NCBI RefSeq assembly: GCF_006345805.1
Contig: NC_043007.1
Coordinates: 11,718,001-11,782,000 of the forward strand
Origin: Octopus sinensis
Lineage: Eukaryota
Direction of reading: 5' to 3'
DNA: 64,000 nucleotides
The position numbers and the translations under genes were made by a program. Positions 59,845-64,000 of the stretch are shown here, in pieces (positions within the stretch are counted from its first letter, which is position 1; every line of letters begins with the position of its first letter). The notes below the pieces were generated by a model, which did not search any database, had not been told where the DNA came from, and was given only the letters and a program-made list of their open reading frames with translations.

Positions 59845-60369
59845 ACCCCAGTGTCACTTTGATGGCATATACTGCTCTCTCACTCAATAATAATAATAAT
59901 AAGTATTATTTCTACTATTTGCACAAGGCACCAGTACCGCACGACTACTTTATTTTATGGTTCCGAAAAGGACAAAAGGCAAAATTCACTTTGGCAGGAT
60001 TTGATCTCAGAATCTATAGAGCTCGAAAAAATGGCACTGAGCGTATTTGTCCAAAGTATTAATGATTCTATTATTGTTAGTTGTTGTTATTTTTATTATT
60101 ATTATTATTAACTTTGTTGCCTTCCCAATGTTGAGATGGCTGTTGGCGATGCAACAATCCATTTGAGGTTTGTGTTTTTGCAATGGCAAATGTCTTCAAT
60201 ATAATCTCTGTTCACACACGTAACATGTTTCTTCTCATTACGCACTAACGGTTGTTGAATATTGATCCTTGACAGAATATAAAAAAAAAGTACATGTACA
60301 CACTCCACTCTCATAGTACACACACACACATTCACACATGTATGGCACTCCATTGGATATGACAACAAG

Positions 60370-60665
60370 TGATCCAGTTGATCCGATCAACAAAACAACC
60401 TGCTTGTGAAATTAATATGCAAATGGCTGAGCATTCTAACAAAGATGCATACCCTTAATGGAGTTCTCTGGGTGGTTCAGCATGACACAGAATATGACAA
60501 GGCTGGCCCTTTGAAATACAGGCACAACTCACTTTAACCAGCTGAATGGACTGGAACAATGTGAAAGAGAGTGCCTTGCTCAAGGACATAATGTTCTACC
60601 ATGTATTAAATTCACAGCCTTACAATCTTGAGTTGAATATCCTAACCACTTAGCCATGCACCTTC
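60370..60665 (-). mobile_element. SINE with family B head and alternative tail, older copy
   Basis: ttcagcatgacacagaatatgacaaggctggccc..ccttgctcaagga..cctaaccacttagccatgcaccttc. Confidence 0.75.
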
Positions 60666-60844
60666 ACCACACATGTATGCATACATACACACAACTAGAC
60701 ACATACACACAACTAGACACATACACACATACATCAAATCAATGAGGTAGCTTGTATGCGATTGCTCAACTTGTTAGAAGTAGCAGCCAGAACTTCCTCA
60801 AATTACTCTCTAATTGTATTTGTCTTGTTATCTTTTTTTGTTAC

Positions 60845-61447
60845 TTGCTTGTTTCAGTCAGTCATTGAAGTGTGGCCATGCTGGAGCACTGCCTTTAGTT
60901 GAGCAAATCAACTCCAGGACTTATTCTTTGTAAGCCTAGTACTTATTCTATCAGTCTCTTTTGCCGAACCGCTAAGTTTATGGGAACATAAACACACCAA
61001 CATTGGTTGTGAAGCGATGTTGGGGGAGGGGTGACAAACACAGGCATACAAACACACACACAACACATATATATATATATATATATACATATATACGACA
61101 GGCTTCTTTCAGTTTCTGTCTACCAAATCCATTCACAAGGCTTTGGTTGGCCCAAGGCTATAGTTGAAGACACTTGCCCAAGGTGCCACACACAGAACCA
61201 TATGGTTCGTAAGCAAGCTACTTACCACACAGCCACTCCTGCACCTGTATATATATATATATATTTATTTATGTATACACAACAGATCTTCCAGACATTT
61301 TCCATCAGCCAAATGCACCCACAAAGCATTGGTCAGTTCCAAGTTCTATAGTAAAAGACACTTTCCAAGATGTGGTGCTGTGGGACTGAACCTGAAACCA
61401 CATGGTTTGCGAAGCAACCTTCCTAACCACACAGCCATCACTGCACC
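60845..61447 (-). mobile_element. SINE family A (60845-61243) followed by a second, older 5' half (61280-61447)
   Basis: Two successive heads ccacacagccactcctgcacct and ccacacagccatcactgcacc. Confidence 0.87.
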
Positions 61448-61703
61448 AATTTCATTATTTATTTATTTATTTATTTTTTTATTATTTTATTTATTATTTT
61501 TTTTTTTTAACATTCATGTAAATAAACAGATGACCAGAATTTTAGATTATTTAAAGAACAATGAGTTGAAAAACATTTGAAGAACAATGGGTAGGAAATA
61601 TTTAAAAATGTATTTTGAATGAGGGAAATAGGAATCAGTCATATGACGGATTCCAGCAGAATCTGGTAAACAGCAGCATCATCATCATCAACATCAAAAG
61701 CAG

Positions 61704-61744
<41 letters not shown>

Positions 61745-61929
61745 GCAACATTCTGTTGGTCTGTTGGTTACAGTACCAGAATATTTAATGTTATAGTGGT
61801 AATTATTACAATTCAAACGTTTAGATTTTGTATTGCATATTGTTTACATAAAGTAACGACTTCTGCCGCATTATCCTGAACACTGGTAATGGATAAATTT
61901 AGTTAATTATTAAGAATAATGATTTATTG

Positions 61930-62075
61930 ATTTTGTGTGTGTGTGTGTTTATATGTGTATGTGTGTTTCTATATAATGCACGTGTTGACATGTGTATGTG
62001 TGTCTGTGTATACATATGTTTATATAGATACATATACATGCACATATGAGTATCTGTATATACATACATACGTAT

Positions 62076-62155
<80 letters not shown>

Positions 62156-62470
62156 ATATATACACACACACACACACATATATATATACACACTCACGCA
62201 CAAACATATACATGCAAATATTTACATGTGTGCGGTGTATGTATATATATATATATCTATGCATGTTCACATACATATATACATTCATATATATTTCATG
62301 TGTGTATGCGTATATACGTGCACAGACACACACATACACACACACAGAGGCATACATGTATATTTGTGTCCATGAGTGTATGTATACAAATACGCATATA
62401 TATTATACACACACATATACATACTAACACACACCTCTATATTCATACACACACATACACACATGTGTAA
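61930..62470. repeat. TG/TA/CA microsatellite field
   Basis: Direct reading. Confidence 0.95.
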
Positions 62471-63159
62471 TTATTTTCTAACTTTTCAAAAATCTTAAAT
62501 CTCAAAGATGTTTCCTCCAAAACAAAAGATGTAAAAATTCATGAAGTTTTAAATAAGACGAAATTTGTCTCTAAAAATGGCTAAAATAATAAACAGACAA
62601 CACTGTTTCTGCATTTTCACATGCTAATTTTCTGATATTTCTCTTCATTAATTAATTTCGAAAGACCAATGATTATTTTGAAAATTTCTGCTTTGATTCC
62701 ATTCAGATAAAAGCAAAATAAACAAAGAAATAAATGACAAAAAAAAAACACACACAAACGAATGCAAGTACAACAATAAAAAAAAAAAAATATTAAATAA
62801 TAAAAAAAAACCAGCAACATAAAACAATCATGTGTGGCGATGTGTTTCATTGTCAAGACTGACTTTTATAGTTTTGAAATATTTCGAGCTGTTTTTGTTT
62901 CTGTTAATCAATTTTATGAAATTTTCTATTTTGTTTTATAAAACATATCTTTGGTGCTCGTGTGTAGTCGGGGTTGGAGAGAGAGACACTTATTGTTTTC
63001 TGTCATCACACACACATAGCTTCGGGTCAGTTGCGACTGAGTAAATGAGCTTCTACTAGCTTCAGAGATGGGTTTTTCTACTGTTCAATCAACTGAGCAA
63101 CCTAATTATTATCAAATTAGTATGCTAGTGGCTGAGTACTCCACAGACGTATTTTAATT

Positions 63160-63580
63160 TAAGCCATTTTCTCCCTATGGAGCATTGGCCATCAATGACT
63201 TTCCTCTACTGTTTTCAACTTTGAGATGTCTTTTCTGCTTCTCTCCAGCAGAATCTCTGCCTTTTTTAGTTAACTCTGTTTCAGTACCCTACTTTCAGCT
63301 TTTTTTTAGGATGTCCTTTCTTCTGCCTCCTTTGTGAGTTCCAGGTCAAGGCCTGGCATGTCCTATGTTTCCATGAGTACATGTCTTACTGCCCCATGTC
63401 TTGTTGGTTTTGGAATTGTCAGTGATGCTCTGGTAACTTTGCTTTTCGCCTTCTTAGGGGTGTTGCCCCTATGAAAACTCATTTTTATTAGTCAGACCTT
63501 TATCCTTTGACCAGTCCAGGATGGGAGGCCCTACTAGCATAGCTCTCATCCAAATCACCACACTGCAACAAAGACTGGAC
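63160..63580. mobile_element. Possible decayed RTE-type element fragment
   Basis: ggagcattggccatcaatgactttcctc and agacctttatcctttgaccagtccaggatgggaggccctac..gcatagctctc resemble RTE terminal motifs I recall; no clean ORF. Confidence 0.3.
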
Positions 63581-64000
63581 CATGTGGAGGACAGGCACAT
63601 GTTAGCTTACTGTAATTCTCACATAGATTCAGTATAACACAGAATGAGAAGACTGGTCAAACCTTTAAATCAGAGATACAGTCCATCCAATAGGCTTCCC
63701 TGCAGTTTCTGTCTATCCATTTTCATTCACAAAGCTTGGACTGGCCTAAGGTCACAATTAAAGACACTTGTCCTAATTGCCACTCATTTTTAACCAATCA
63801 ACCATTTTGCACCCATCTAACTGAATAGACCTACGATGAAAGGTGTTCCAGACATGACCAGCCTGCATATCTGTGAATTATCAAGATAGGAGGGTTGTGA
63901 TTTAAACTCAAAGTGGATTTGGTTGCTATTTCTAGCCATTCATAGGAGTATATAGGGGCTCTATCTTTAGCTTGTAGGAAATAAAGAAACTTCTTTATTA

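Noticed and set aside
3163-62470. Dozens of long ORFs rich in Y/I, C/V, H/T, poly-His, poly-Met, poly-Leu or poly-Asn
   Set aside because: They are translations of (TA)n, (TG)n, (CATA)n, (CAT)n and (ATT)n tracts, open in several frames and on both strands; no coding signal.

Overview
Repeat-saturated, AT-rich animal genomic DNA with the hallmarks of an octopus (coleoid cephalopod) intronic or intergenic region. The taxon is an inference from the tRNA-derived SINE families I recognise and the very large (TA/TG/TATG)n, (CAT)n and (ATT)n microsatellite fields. I cannot support any intact host protein-coding gene: nearly all long ORFs in the track are translations of microsatellites. Recognisable coding remnants are all transposon-derived: a mariner (DD34D), two internally deleted DD37D (maT-type) elements, a Tc1-like fragment, an RTE LINE 3' end and a restriction-like-endonuclease (R4/Dong-type) LINE 3' end. 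The rest is more than 25 SINE or LINE-tail copies of about 5 families, piggyBac-type MITEs, a Helentron-type element and several local duplications. The most interesting signal is three unrelated short fold-back insertions at 48.8, 55.0 and 57.6 kb, each carrying a minimal hammerhead-ribozyme-like motif of the kind known from Penelope-like retroelement pseudo-LTRs; two have non-canonical catalytic cores (A6U; U3-A8) and the third is a degenerate remnant. A few isolated splice-site-bounded open segments are flagged only as low-confidence candidate exons. Coordinates were counted by hand; element boundaries without a TSD are approximate.
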